Shown: piece by piece, positions 26,976 to 36,595 of the stretch
Numbering within the stretch: position 1 is the first letter of the stretch
Layout of the letters: each line of letters starts with the position of its first letter
Assembly (NCBI GenBank): GCA_963748015.1
Contig: CAVVHE010000004.1
Coordinates: 1,664,001-1,728,000 of the forward strand
Length of the DNA: 64,000 nucleotides
Direction of reading: 5' to 3'
DNA from: Terriglobia bacterium
GTDB taxonomy: Bacteria; Acidobacteriota; Polarisedimenticolia; Polarisedimenticolales; JAIQFR01
Program-made: the position numbers and the translations under genes
Notes under the pieces: model-generated
What the model was told of the DNA's origin: nothing
Seen by the model: the letters and a program-made list of their open reading frames with translations, nothing else
Database searches by the model: none

Positions 26976-28970
26976 TCAGAATGCCGAGAGAAAGGCGGAG
27001 AAGAGAGCCTCCAGAACCCAACCGGCGCGGGCGGCGAGGCGATTCGCCGGCCCGGCATCGGCATCCTCCTGCCAGCCGTTGTTGAGCCGGAAGCGCTCGA
27101 GCGGAAGGCGCGCCTCGGGATCCACCTCGACCTTCGCGAGCCGGCGCCCGGCGTAGCGGAAGGCCTTCGGGGATCCCGTGCCGTCCCAGGTCTCCTCCCG
27201 AACGGACCCGTCCGAGAAGGTCATCCGCACGGTCACCGGCAGGACGAGCCCTCCGGAGCAGCCGATCCAGGCCTCGGCGCCCTGATCCGGCGCTGCGGCC
27301 GTCGGCCCGCCGGCCGACTTCGACGCGAACTCGGGGGGCGTCTTCGAGAGGTCGTAGCCGCGGAACGGCTCCTTCCCGGGGTTCGCCACCGCGAGGACCT
27401 CGAAATCCAGGGTGTCCGTGCCCCGAAGGAGCCGGCTCACGAGCGACTCGATGCCGGGGCCCATGACCTCGCGGACCGTCTCGAGGAACTCCTCGGTCGT
27501 CGGGTGGCGGAATCGGGCGCGCTCGAAGAACGTGCGGAGGAGACGGTCCACCGCCACCGTTCCCTCGAGGTTCTCGACCGTCTTCAAAATGAGGGACGGC
27601 TTGTAGTAGCTCATCGCGCCGTAGGAGTCGAAATCCGGGTAGTCCCACGATCTCCTGAGCACCGGCGCCGTCTCGGCCATGTCCAGGTACCCCAACCGGT
27701 GGAGGCCGACCTCCCCCCCGGAGAAACCCAGCACCTCGTCGAGGACCGAGCGGTCGGGGCCGAACCACCCGTCGAGAATGCGCGACTCGACGTAGCTCGC
27801 GAGCCCCTCGTCGAGCCACGCCGCCTCGAACTCGTTGTTCGCGCTCATCCCGTACCAGTACTGGTGGGCGACCTCGTGCACGACGGCGAGCTCGGGAATG
27901 CGGAACCAGCGGGGAATCGCCGGGCTCGCGGCGCCGGTCACCAGCGTCGGGTACTCCATGCCCCCCGCGCCGCCGCCGTCAGCCGGAGGCTCCACGACCG
28001 TCAGCACGGAATACGGGTACGGGCCGAGCTTGCGGGTGAGGAACTCCAGCGCGCGCTTCGCCGACTCGACGCTACGCGGCAGCGAGGCGGTGTTCTCGGG
28101 CTGCGTCAGGATCCGGATCTCGACGTCGCCCCACCGCTCGGTCTTCTCGACGAAGCGCGGCGAGGCGGCCCAGGCGAAGTCGTGGACGTCCTCGGCTCGG
28201 CAGAGAAGGGTCTTTCGGCCGGGCCGCTCCCTCCGCTCGCCCCAGATGACGCCGGTGGCGCCGACGATCTGGTCGTCGGGCACGTCGATCGCCACGTCGT
28301 ACACCCCGAAGTCCGAGTAGAACTCCGACGCGTAATGGAACGGGTGGCAGTTCCAGCCCTTCGCCTCCTCCCACACGCCGAGCTTCGGGAACCATTGCCC
28401 GGCCATGTGGAAGCGCCTCGCCCACCCGGTGCGCGCGAAGACCTTGGGGAGCTTCACCTCGAACGCGGCCCGGACCTCGATCGCGGCGCCCGCGGGGACC
28501 GGGGCCGGGAGGCGCGCCCGCATCACGGTGCGGTCGGGGCCGGGGAACTCCTGCACCAGGGGGATCTCCCTCCCGGACTGAAGGAGGACGAGCGACGACA
28601 CGACGATGTTTCCCCAGCTCTCGTCGTCGAACCGGAACTGCCGGTGATGCCCGCGGGACTCTCTCATGAACACCGTCTCGCTGTTCGCGAACCCGTTCAT
28701 GTAGAGGTGGAAGTAGAGGTCCGGGGCGGGATCCCGGGTGATGTTCCGCCAGCGGATCGTCTCCGTGCCCTTCAGGACGTGCGAGGCCGGATCGAGGCTC
28801 ACCTCGATGGCGTAGTTCGCGTTCCGGGGGGAGAGCGGCTCGGGGAACAGGACCGGCGGACTCTCCGCCCGGGCCAAGAACGGGATCGCGAGCAGGAGCG
28901 CCCGAAGACCGGACCGGCGAAGGACCGCCCGGAACCGTCCCGGGAGCGGCGGAGAGTCTTCGCGCGCCAC
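26976..28970 (-). CDS. M1-family metallo-aminopeptidase (secreted)
   Basis: GGMEYP and HEVAHQYW..NEFEAAWLDEG (HExxH-x18-E), YYKPSL; signal-like N-terminus. Confidence 0.92.
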   Translation of the reverse strand: MAREDSPPLPGRFRAVLRRSGLRALLLAIPFLARAESPPVLFPEPLSPRNANYAIEVSLDPASHVLKGTETIRWRNITRDPAPDLYFHLYMNGFANSETVFMRESRGHHRQFRFDDESWGNIVVSSLVLLQSGREIPLVQEFPGPDRTVMRARLPAPVPAGAAIEVRAAFEVKLPKVFARTGWARRFHMAGQWFPKLGVWEEAKGWNCHPFHYASEFYSDFGVYDVAIDVPDDQIVGATGVIWGERRERPGRKTLLCRAEDVHDFAWAASPRFVEKTERWGDVEIRILTQPENTASLPRSVESAKRALEFLTRKLGPYPYSVLTVVEPPADGGGAGGMEYPTLVTGAASPAIPRWFRIPELAVVHEVAHQYWYGMSANNEFEAAWLDEGLASYVESRILDGWFGPDRSVLDEVLGFSGGEVGLHRLGYLDMAETAPVLRRSWDYPDFDSYGAMSYYKPSLILKTVENLEGTVAVDRLLRTFFERARFRHPTTEEFLETVREVMGPGIESLVSRLLRGTDTLDFEVLAVANPGKEPFRGYDLSKTPPEFASKSAGGPTAAAPDQGAEAWIGCSGGLVLPVTVRMTFSDGSVREETWDGTGSPKAFRYAGRRLAKVEVDPEARLPLERFRLNNGWQEDADAGPANRLAARAGWVLEALFSAFLSAF

Positions 28971-28979
28971 GACCCGCGC

Positions 28980-29681
28980 CTACGACGCCATGAGCGAGCC
29001 GCCGGTGGCGACCGAGCCGCCGGCGGGGGCGAGGTGTCGCTCCATCGCCGCGCGGGCAAACGCGACGTGCTCGCCGAGAAGCTCCCGTGAGAAAGCGGCG
29101 GGGGCGAAGATCACCACGAGCAGCGCGCGGGTCGCCTCCGTGACCGCCGTCCTCTGCGAGTCCGAGGACGGATTGCCGAAGGCCCCGTCCTCGTCGGCCA
29201 GCGTCGGGCGCCCGCCGAGGTGCACGGCGTCCTTGCGGATCCCCTCGAACGATTCTCCCGGCAGGCCGCGCCGGAGCCGGATGCGGCCGCGAATCCTCGC
29301 GGTGTCGTACAGCCCGATCGGGAGGAGGAAGCGGAGCGAGCAGAGATTGCAGACGTCCACCGCGCTCAGGATCCGGGGCAGGGGCTTCCCGAGCAGCACG
29401 CGCCGCAGCAGAGCCTCGGAAGAAGGGCGCGTGCGCGTGGGATCGAGCCCGAACGCGCGATACAGGTCGCGGGCGGGAGCGAGCCCCGGGATGTCCGAGG
29501 GAGCCCGCCCCGCATGCCGCGCGGCCAGCTCCTCGCCGAGCGCTTCCATCTCCGCGACGAGCGGCGGGGACGCGGGACCGACCGCGACGGGCTCTCCCCA
29601 GGCCAGACCGAGGCGGACGAGCGGCGCGATTCCCGGGTCCACCTCGAGGGCGATCGGTGAGGGCTCGCGCGTGTCGGTCAT
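28980..29681 (-). CDS. Stand-alone B3/4 (PheRS beta editing-like) domain protein
   Basis: YRAFGLDPTRTRPSSEALLRR, AVDVCNLCSL..LPIGLYD and GNPSSDSQRT motifs. Confidence 0.85.
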   Translation of the reverse strand: MTDTREPSPIALEVDPGIAPLVRLGLAWGEPVAVGPASPPLVAEMEALGEELAARHAGRAPSDIPGLAPARDLYRAFGLDPTRTRPSSEALLRRVLLGKPLPRILSAVDVCNLCSLRFLLPIGLYDTARIRGRIRLRRGLPGESFEGIRKDAVHLGGRPTLADEDGAFGNPSSDSQRTAVTEATRALLVVIFAPAAFSRELLGEHVAFARAAMERHLAPAGGSVATGGSLMAS

Positions 29682-29787
29682 TCGGTCCTCGCGCGCCGGA
29701 GCGCGGCGCCAAGTATAGTAGAGGGGCGCACCGGTCCGTCGTCCCTTCACCCGGGACGGAAATCCGGAACGGGCGGCCGGGTCCCTC

Positions 29788-31605
29788 ATGTCGAAGTCCG
29801 AATCGTCGAGCGAAGGCGGCGGCGCGGGCCTTCCCGCCTCGCACCGCCTCGCGGAGATCGAGGCGCTGTCCCGGGAGGCGTCCGCCCTCACGCGCTCCGA
29901 CCCGAAGCAGCTGGCGGAGCGTCTCGCCGCGGTCCCGCTGCGGGACCAGGTGGAGGTGACGCTCCGCCTTCCCGCGCACCAGCGCCTCGAGGTCCTCCTC
30001 CACGCCCCGTCCCCGATGAAGCTGGTGCGCGCGCTGCCCGACTTCGAGGCGTACCTGACGGTGCGCGAGGTGGGGCCGTCGGACGCGCTTCCCCTTCTCG
30101 CGCTGACGTCGGCCTCGCAGATCGTCCATCTCGTGGACCTCGAGGCCTGGCGGGGGGACCGCTTCGACGCGGCCCGCACCGGGGCCTGGGCCGCACTGCT
30201 CCTCGAGGCCGGCGATCCCACGATCCGCCGCTTCCTGCGCCACGTCGACGACGAGGTGCTGGTGCTGCTCTTCGCCTCCTGGGCGAGGATCGAGCCGATC
30301 GCGATCGATGACGCGCACGACCGGGGAGGGACCGGCGAGACCGAGGCCGGCACCGAGCTCGGATTCGCCTCTCCCGACGGGTACAACCGTTTCCGGCCCC
30401 TGATCCCCGAGCAGGCCGCCGCGGTCCGGCGTGTCGCCGAGATCCTGTTCCTCGATGCCCCGGACCGGTACTCGCACGTCGTCTGGGCGACGCAGTCGGA
30501 GATTCTCGCCGAGGTCGAGGAGCAGGCGTGGCGGTGGCGGCAGAGCCGGATCGAGGAGCACGGGTTCCCCCCGCTCGACGAGGCCCTGGCCGTCTACGGA
30601 CCGCCGACGGGCGCTCTGGCGGCCCCCGAGTCGTTCCTCTCCCTCGATGCCGAGGCCCGGCCGGCGCCGCGGGCGGCCCTCCGCGTGATCGGCGGACGGG
30701 GCGTCCTCGCGTCGGCGGTCGATCTGCTCCCGGACGCCGCGCGCGAGGGAGCGCTGATCCAGATGACCTCTCTGGCGAACCACATCCTGGTCGCCGACGG
30801 TGCGGACCCGGGCGATCCGGAGTCGCACCGCGCGGCGATCGAGAAGGCGGCCGCCTTCACCGGGATCGCGCTGGCGGCGCGCGGCATCCGGGAGCCCGCG
30901 GCCGCCGTTTCCGCGCTCTCCCGCGTCCCACTGGTCGAGCTGTTCCGCGAGGGATACGAGCGCGCCGAGGGGCTCAGGCGGCGGGCGTTCGGACTGGTCC
31001 GCGAGGGCTGGGCTTCCGCCCACCCCCAGGCACTCGAGCTGCTGGACGCTCCGCTTCTCCCCCGCGTCCAGGCGCTCCTGGGACCGCGCCCCCTCTGCTG
31101 GGAACCCTCGCAGGGAGAGGGCAAGAGCCTCCGGGAGTTCCGCGGCCTCGAGGAGATCGAGGAGACGCGCGTGGCCCTCGACATGGCGGAGGTCCTCGGA
31201 CGGATCTTCGTCGAGCGGCTCGGCCTCCGCGTGGCCGCGGTGCTCGAGGGACGAGAAGGGCCCGGCGCCGCGGCGCCGAGGTTCAGCACGATCCTCCTGA
31301 CCGCTCTCGCGTGGCACGCCGTTCGCGGGGAGTTCGCCGCCGTCGCGCTCCCACCTCCCGTCGCGGCCGAGTTCGTCGCGAAGGTCGCCTCCCGCCGCTC
31401 CGCGAGGCCCGGGGCCGCGCGCGACGCCATGGAAGCGTTCCTCTCCCGCCTCGCCGGAGATGCCGGTCTCGGCGCCCGGGAGTCCGGAGCGCTCCGCGCC
31501 TTCGCACTCGCCTGTCTCGACAAGCTCGTCGAGGAATGCGGCGACCTTTCTCCCTCGGCTCCCCCGGACCCGAGGTTCGTCTCGTGCCTACTCCTGGAGA
31601 ATTGA
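29788..31605 (+). CDS. DUF6178-like hypothetical protein
   Basis: YLTVREVGPSDA.PLL.L, DLEAW.GDRF and EEQAWRWR.SRIEEHGFPP.DEA..VY match DUF6178 as recalled. Confidence 0.65.
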   Translation: MSKSESSSEGGGAGLPASHRLAEIEALSREASALTRSDPKQLAERLAAVPLRDQVEVTLRLPAHQRLEVLLHAPSPMKLVRALPDFEAYLTVREVGPSDALPLLALTSASQIVHLVDLEAWRGDRFDAARTGAWAALLLEAGDPTIRRFLRHVDDEVLVLLFASWARIEPIAIDDAHDRGGTGETEAGTELGFASPDGYNRFRPLIPEQAAAVRRVAEILFLDAPDRYSHVVWATQSEILAEVEEQAWRWRQSRIEEHGFPPLDEALAVYGPPTGALAAPESFLSLDAEARPAPRAALRVIGGRGVLASAVDLLPDAAREGALIQMTSLANHILVADGADPGDPESHRAAIEKAAAFTGIALAARGIREPAAAVSALSRVPLVELFREGYERAEGLRRRAFGLVREGWASAHPQALELLDAPLLPRVQALLGPRPLCWEPSQGEGKSLREFRGLEEIEETRVALDMAEVLGRIFVERLGLRVAAVLEGREGPGAAAPRFSTILLTALAWHAVRGEFAAVALPPPVAAEFVAKVASRRSARPGAARDAMEAFLSRLAGDAGLGARESGALRAFALACLDKLVEECGDLSPSAPPDPRFVSCLLLEN

Positions 31606-31607
31606 CG

Positions 31608-31916
31608 ATGCCCGACGACACTCCGCTCAAGTCCGCATACGAATTGGCGATGGAGCGCCTGCGGCAGAAGGACAAGGCCGAAGGCGTTACGGCGTCGAAG
31701 CCGCTGAGCGCCGCCCAGAAGGCGCGGATCTCCGAGTTGCGGCGCGATGCGAAGGCGAAGCTCGCCGAGATGGAGATCCTCCACCGCAAGGACCTCGCGG
31801 CGGCCGGCGGCGATCCGGAGAAGACCCGCGACCTGGAGGAGAAATACCGGATCGACCGCGCGCGCGTCGAGAGCCGCATGGAGGACGAGATCGCGAAGGT
31901 CCACCGCGCCAACTGA
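31608..31916 (+). CDS. Conserved hypothetical coiled-coil protein
   Basis: LKSAYELAMERL N-terminus, charged helical composition; GGAG RBS. Confidence 0.7.
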   Translation: MPDDTPLKSAYELAMERLRQKDKAEGVTASKPLSAAQKARISELRRDAKAKLAEMEILHRKDLAAAGGDPEKTRDLEEKYRIDRARVESRMEDEIAKVHRAN

Positions 31917-31943
31917 CCGCGCGGGGCCGGCCGGCCTCCTCGA

Positions 31944-33206
31944 TCAGGCGGGCGTCTTCTCCTCCCACACGCCGCAGAGGCGGACGATCACCTCGACCGC
32001 CTTGTGCATGTCCTGAACGGAGATCCACTCGAGCCGCGAGTGGAAATTGTGCTCGCCCGCGAACAGGTTCGGGGTGGGGAGCCCCATGAAGCACAGGCGC
32101 GACCCGTCGGTCCCCCCGCGGATCGGATGGGTCTTCGGCGAGAGCCCCGCCCGGCGAATCGCGATGTTCGCGTTCTCGACGGCTTCGGGATACCGGTCGA
32201 GCACCTCCTTCATGTTCCGGTACGACTCCTCGACCTTGAACTCCACCGCCGCCTTCGGATAGTCCGCGACGGTCTCGCGGGCGAGCCGCTCCAGGTAAGC
32301 CTCTTTCTCCTTGAGGCCCGCGGTCACGAAATCGCGGATCAGGAACTTCACCGAGGTGCGATCCACGCCGGCCTGCATCACGTAGGGATGCACGTACCCC
32401 TCGTAACCCTCGGTCGTCTCCGGCGACAGCCCTTCCTTGGGCAGCCTCCCGATGAAGTCCGCGGCGATCTTGATCGCGTTGACCAGCTTCCCCTTCCCGA
32501 GGCCGGGGTGCGTGTTGAACCCCTGGAAGGTCACCGTCATCGAATCGGCGGAGAAGGTCTCCATCTCGATCTCGCCCAGGGTCTCGCCGTCGATGGTGTA
32601 CGCGTACTGCGCGCCGAATCGCTTCACGTCGAAGTGCTTCGTCCCGTTGCCGACCTCCTCGTCGGGGGTGAAACCGATCCGGATCTTCCCGTGCGGGATC
32701 TCGGGATGGGCGACGAGATACTCGGCGACCGCGACGATCTCGGCGACTCCGGACTTGTTGTCCGCGCCGAGGAGCGTGGTGCCGGACGCGGTGATGATGT
32801 CGTTCCCGATCTGATCCCCGAGAGCCGGGTTCTCCGCGAAGCGGATCACCTGCGTCGGATCGTCCGGGAGCGCCAGGTCGCGCCCGTCGTAGTTCGCGTG
32901 GACGACCGGCTTCACCCCCTCGCCGCTCACCTCGGGCGAAGTGTCCACGTGCGCGATGAAGCCCACGACCGGCACGCCGGATTTCTTCGTGGTCGCCGGG
33001 ATCGTCGCGAACACGTACCCGTGCTCGTCCATCGCGACGTCCTCGAGGCCGATCGCCTCGAGCTCGTCCACCAGGAGCCGCAGCAGGTCGAGCTGCTTCG
33101 AGGTCGAGGGAAACGTCGAAGAGTCCTCCTCGGACCGGGTGTCGATCGTGACGTAGCGGAGGAATCGCTCGACGCAGCTTGTCCGGAAGTCGCTCACGGA
33201 GCTCAC
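31944..33206 (-). CDS. pepT: Peptidase T (tripeptidase, M20B)
   Basis: ERFLRYVTIDT, GFIAHVDTS, LLGADNKSG, FTPDEEVG, IRGGTDG and HNFHS motifs. Confidence 0.95.
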   Translation of the reverse strand: MSSVSDFRTSCVERFLRYVTIDTRSEEDSSTFPSTSKQLDLLRLLVDELEAIGLEDVAMDEHGYVFATIPATTKKSGVPVVGFIAHVDTSPEVSGEGVKPVVHANYDGRDLALPDDPTQVIRFAENPALGDQIGNDIITASGTTLLGADNKSGVAEIVAVAEYLVAHPEIPHGKIRIGFTPDEEVGNGTKHFDVKRFGAQYAYTIDGETLGEIEMETFSADSMTVTFQGFNTHPGLGKGKLVNAIKIAADFIGRLPKEGLSPETTEGYEGYVHPYVMQAGVDRTSVKFLIRDFVTAGLKEKEAYLERLARETVADYPKAAVEFKVEESYRNMKEVLDRYPEAVENANIAIRRAGLSPKTHPIRGGTDGSRLCFMGLPTPNLFAGEHNFHSRLEWISVQDMHKAVEVIVRLCGVWEEKTPA

Positions 33207-33379
33207 GGGCACCTCCCTCGCGCCGGGGCGTCCGGCGGCGGTTGGGTCGCGAAGGGACCAACGCTATCCGAGCCGGCGCGCCGGTGCAAGGGCGCTGCCT
33301 TGCCAGCGCGGCCGCGGGCGGCATAGACTTCCGCCCGACACCGGGGGCCATCACGCATCGTCCAGGGAGGGCGCTCACC

Positions 33380-36300
33380 ATGGATCATGGGGCCGAAGCG
33401 CCGCCGCCAGCCGGCCTCCGCCGCGGACGAGTGTCGCGCGTCGCCCTGCGCATCACCCTTCTGTACGTCGTGGGCGCCGCGATCTGGATCGTCGCCTCCG
33501 ACTGGATTCTCGGGGCGCTCGTCCGGGATCCCGCCCTCGTCACCGCCCTGTCGATCCTGAAGGGCTGGACGTTCGTCGCCGCGACCGGCCTCCTCCTGTA
33601 CGTGCTCGTCTCGCGCGGCGTGCGGCCGATCTCGGACAGCGCCGAGGAGTACCGGGGGTTGTTCGACGGGCACCCGTCGATCTACCTCAAGGTGGACGCG
33701 AACGGGACCATCCTCTCCGTGAATCCCCTCGGATCCGAGCAGCTCGGCTACGCGGTGAGCGAGCTCACGGGCAGGTCGGTGCTCCACCTCTACGCGGAAT
33801 CCGAACGCCAGATCGCCATGGAGAGGATCGGGGAGCTCGGGAGCGGAGCCGCCGAGGTCGCCCGCTGGGAAGCCCAGGCCACGCGCAAGGACGGCACGAG
33901 GATCTGGCTGAGGCAGTCGGCTCGCGCGGTGCAGGCGGCGGGAGGGGGAAGGGCGATCCTCATGGTCGGGGAGGACGTCACCGAGCGCCGTGGTTTCGAG
34001 GCCGCCCTCGGGGCGGCCCACGAGAGCCTCCGCACCCTCTTCCACGCGTCTCCCCTGGCGATCGTCGCGCTCGACCGGGCGGGGCGCATCCTGTCCTGGA
34101 ACCCCGCGGCCCAGGCGATCTTCGGCTGGTCCGAGCCAGAGGTGCTCGGCCGCCCGTTCCCCGTCGTTTCCGAGGACCGCCAGTCGGAGTTCCTCGCCCA
34201 GCTCGACCGGGCGATCGAGGGGGAGGTCCTGGGTCAGGTCGAGCTCCGGCACCGCCTGAAAAGCGGCTCGCTCGTCGACGTCAGCCTTTCCGCGGCCCCC
34301 CTTCGCGATGCCTCCGGACGGAAAGTCGGGACCATCGCGATCATCGACGACATCACCCGTCGGAAAGCGGCCGACCGGGAGCTCGGCCGTCTCAACCGGG
34401 CGCTCCGGGTGTTGATCGAATGCGGGCAGGCCGCGATGCGCGCCGCCACCGAGGACGAGCTGCTCCGGAGCGTATGCGGCATCCTGGTCGACGTCGGCGG
34501 GTACCGCCTCGCGTGGGTCGGATACGCCGAGAACGACGAGGCCCGCACGGTGCGGCCCGTCGCCCATTCCGGGTTCGAGGACGGGTATCTCGACACCGCG
34601 AGGATCTCCTGGGCCGACGACGAATGGGGACGAGGACCCACCGGCACCTCGATCCGGACCGGCAAGCCCGCCGCCGCTCGAGACCTCGAGACCGAGCCGT
34701 CGTATGGACCTTGGCGCGCGGAGGCGGGGCGCCGCCGCTTCGGGTCCTCCATCGCCCTCCCTCTGGGTCTCACCGGGAGCCCCTTCGGTGCGCTCTCGAT
34801 CTACGCGGCGGAGCCGGACGCGTTCGACGCCGAGGAGGTCCTCCTCCTCGGCGAGCTGGCCAGCGACCTGGCGTTCGGCGTCGAGTCGCTGCGCATTCGC
34901 GCGGAGCAGCAGCGGGCCGAAGAGGGCCTCCGGCACCGGACCGCGGAGCTCCAGGCGATCTTCCGCGCCTTCCCGGACCTCTACTTCCGCCTCGACGGAA
35001 CCGACCGGATCCTCGACCACCACGCCGGGCGCGCGGCCGATCTCTACGTCCCTCCCGAGCGGTTTCTCGGGCAGAGAATGCAGGACGTCCTTCCCCCCGA
35101 CATTGCCGCGGCGTTCGAGGAGGCCATTCGCGCCGCGCGTGCGACGGGCTTCGCGGCGACGGAGTACGCGCTTCCCCTGCCCGAGGGGGAGAAGTGGTTC
35201 GAGGCGCGGCTCGTGAAATTGGCCGACGACCAGACGCTGGTCATCGTCCGGGACGTCACCGAGCGCCGGAGGGCGGCGGAGGCCATCCGCAGGTCGGCCG
35301 AGCGGCTCGAGCACCTCCAGGAGATCGACCGCGCGATCCTGGCGGCCCGCTCCGCGGACGAGGTCGCGCGTGCCTCTCTCGCGCGGATCCGGAAGCTCGT
35401 CCCCTGCGATCGGGCCGCGGTCGTCGTGCGCGACCGCGAGACGGGCGCGGCCCGGGCCATCGCCGTGGACGCCGCGACCGGGGCCTTCGTCGAGGAAAAC
35501 GCGCTCCCCGCGGGCGAGTTCATCGCGTCGCTCGAGGAAGCCCGGGAGGAGCCCTGCCGGTACTTCGACGACCTTTCCGCCATGACCGAGCGCTCGCCGT
35601 TCGTCGAGCGGGCTTCGGCCGCGGGCATGCGAACGGCTCTGCTCGTCCCGCTCATGGCCGGCGGCGAGCTCATCGGGGGTCTCGGCCTCGCGTCCGGCCG
35701 CCCCTCCGACTTCGACACGGAGCACCTCGAGATCGCCGCGGAGATCGCGGGGCAGATGGCGATCGCGCTGCACCAGGAGGGGCTGCGCGAGGAGCTGAGG
35801 CGCCGCGCCGTGGAGCTCGAGCGGCGGGTCGACGAGCGAACCGCCGAGCTCAGCGCCGCCAACGAGGATCTCGAGACGTTCTCGTACTCGGTGACGCACG
35901 ACCTCAGGGCCCCGCTCCGGGCCATGGAGGGATTCGCCCGGGCCCTCGTCGAGGACCAGGCCGAGAAGCTGGGCGACGAGGGAAGACGCTACGCGGAGAG
36001 GATCATGGCCGCGGCGCTACGCCTCGACCGGATCGTGCAGGACCTCCTTCGCTACAGCCGGCTTCGCCGCGCGGAGATCCGGCTGAAGCCGGTCTCGCTC
36101 GCATCCGTCTTGGAAGAGGTGGTTGCCGCGCGCGAGACCGCGATCGCGTCCGCGGGAGCGGACGTCGCCGTCCTGTCCCCGCTCCCGGACGTGATCGCGC
36201 ACCGCCCGACGTTGGTGCAGATCGCGGAGAATCTCCTCGACAACGCGCTCAAGTTCGTGGCGCGCGGCGCCAAGCCCAAGGTACGCATCCGCGCCGAGTC

Positions 36301-36595
36301 CGCCCACGGAACGGCCCGCCTCTGGGTGGAGGACAACGGCATCGGGATCGCCCCCGAGGACCGGGACAGGATCTTCAAGGTGTTCGAGCGTCTCCACGGC
36401 GTCGAGACGTACCCCGGCTCGGGTATCGGGCTGGCGATCGTGCGCAAGGCCGCCGAACGCATGGGAGGCCGCTGCGGCGTCGACGCCGGCCCGGGCGGCG
36501 GGAGCCGGTTCTGGGTCGAGATCCCGTCGCACTCCGGCGCGCCCGCGCCGGCGGGCGATCCCCCGCCGGGGGAGGAAGGACGGGCCGAGCGATGA
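33380..36595 (+). CDS. Membrane PAS/GAF sensor histidine kinase
   Basis: Two TM helices, PAS-PAS-GAF-PAS-GAF, then FSYSVTHDLRAPLR, NLLDNALKF, DNGIGI and GSGIGLAIV. Confidence 0.93.
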   Translation: MDHGAEAPPPAGLRRGRVSRVALRITLLYVVGAAIWIVASDWILGALVRDPALVTALSILKGWTFVAATGLLLYVLVSRGVRPISDSAEEYRGLFDGHPSIYLKVDANGTILSVNPLGSEQLGYAVSELTGRSVLHLYAESERQIAMERIGELGSGAAEVARWEAQATRKDGTRIWLRQSARAVQAAGGGRAILMVGEDVTERRGFEAALGAAHESLRTLFHASPLAIVALDRAGRILSWNPAAQAIFGWSEPEVLGRPFPVVSEDRQSEFLAQLDRAIEGEVLGQVELRHRLKSGSLVDVSLSAAPLRDASGRKVGTIAIIDDITRRKAADRELGRLNRALRVLIECGQAAMRAATEDELLRSVCGILVDVGGYRLAWVGYAENDEARTVRPVAHSGFEDGYLDTARISWADDEWGRGPTGTSIRTGKPAAARDLETEPSYGPWRAEAGRRRFGSSIALPLGLTGSPFGALSIYAAEPDAFDAEEVLLLGELASDLAFGVESLRIRAEQQRAEEGLRHRTAELQAIFRAFPDLYFRLDGTDRILDHHAGRAADLYVPPERFLGQRMQDVLPPDIAAAFEEAIRAARATGFAATEYALPLPEGEKWFEARLVKLADDQTLVIVRDVTERRRAAEAIRRSAERLEHLQEIDRAILAARSADEVARASLARIRKLVPCDRAAVVVRDRETGAARAIAVDAATGAFVEENALPAGEFIASLEEAREEPCRYFDDLSAMTERSPFVERASAAGMRTALLVPLMAGGELIGGLGLASGRPSDFDTEHLEIAAEIAGQMAIALHQEGLREELRRRAVELERRVDERTAELSAANEDLETFSYSVTHDLRAPLRAMEGFARALVEDQAEKLGDEGRRYAERIMAAALRLDRIVQDLLRYSRLRRAEIRLKPVSLASVLEEVVAARETAIASAGADVAVLSPLPDVIAHRPTLVQIAENLLDNALKFVARGAKPKVRIRAESAHGTARLWVEDNGIGIAPEDRDRIFKVFERLHGVETYPGSGIGLAIVRKAAERMGGRCGVDAGPGGGSRFWVEIPSHSGAPAPAGDPPPGEEGRAER

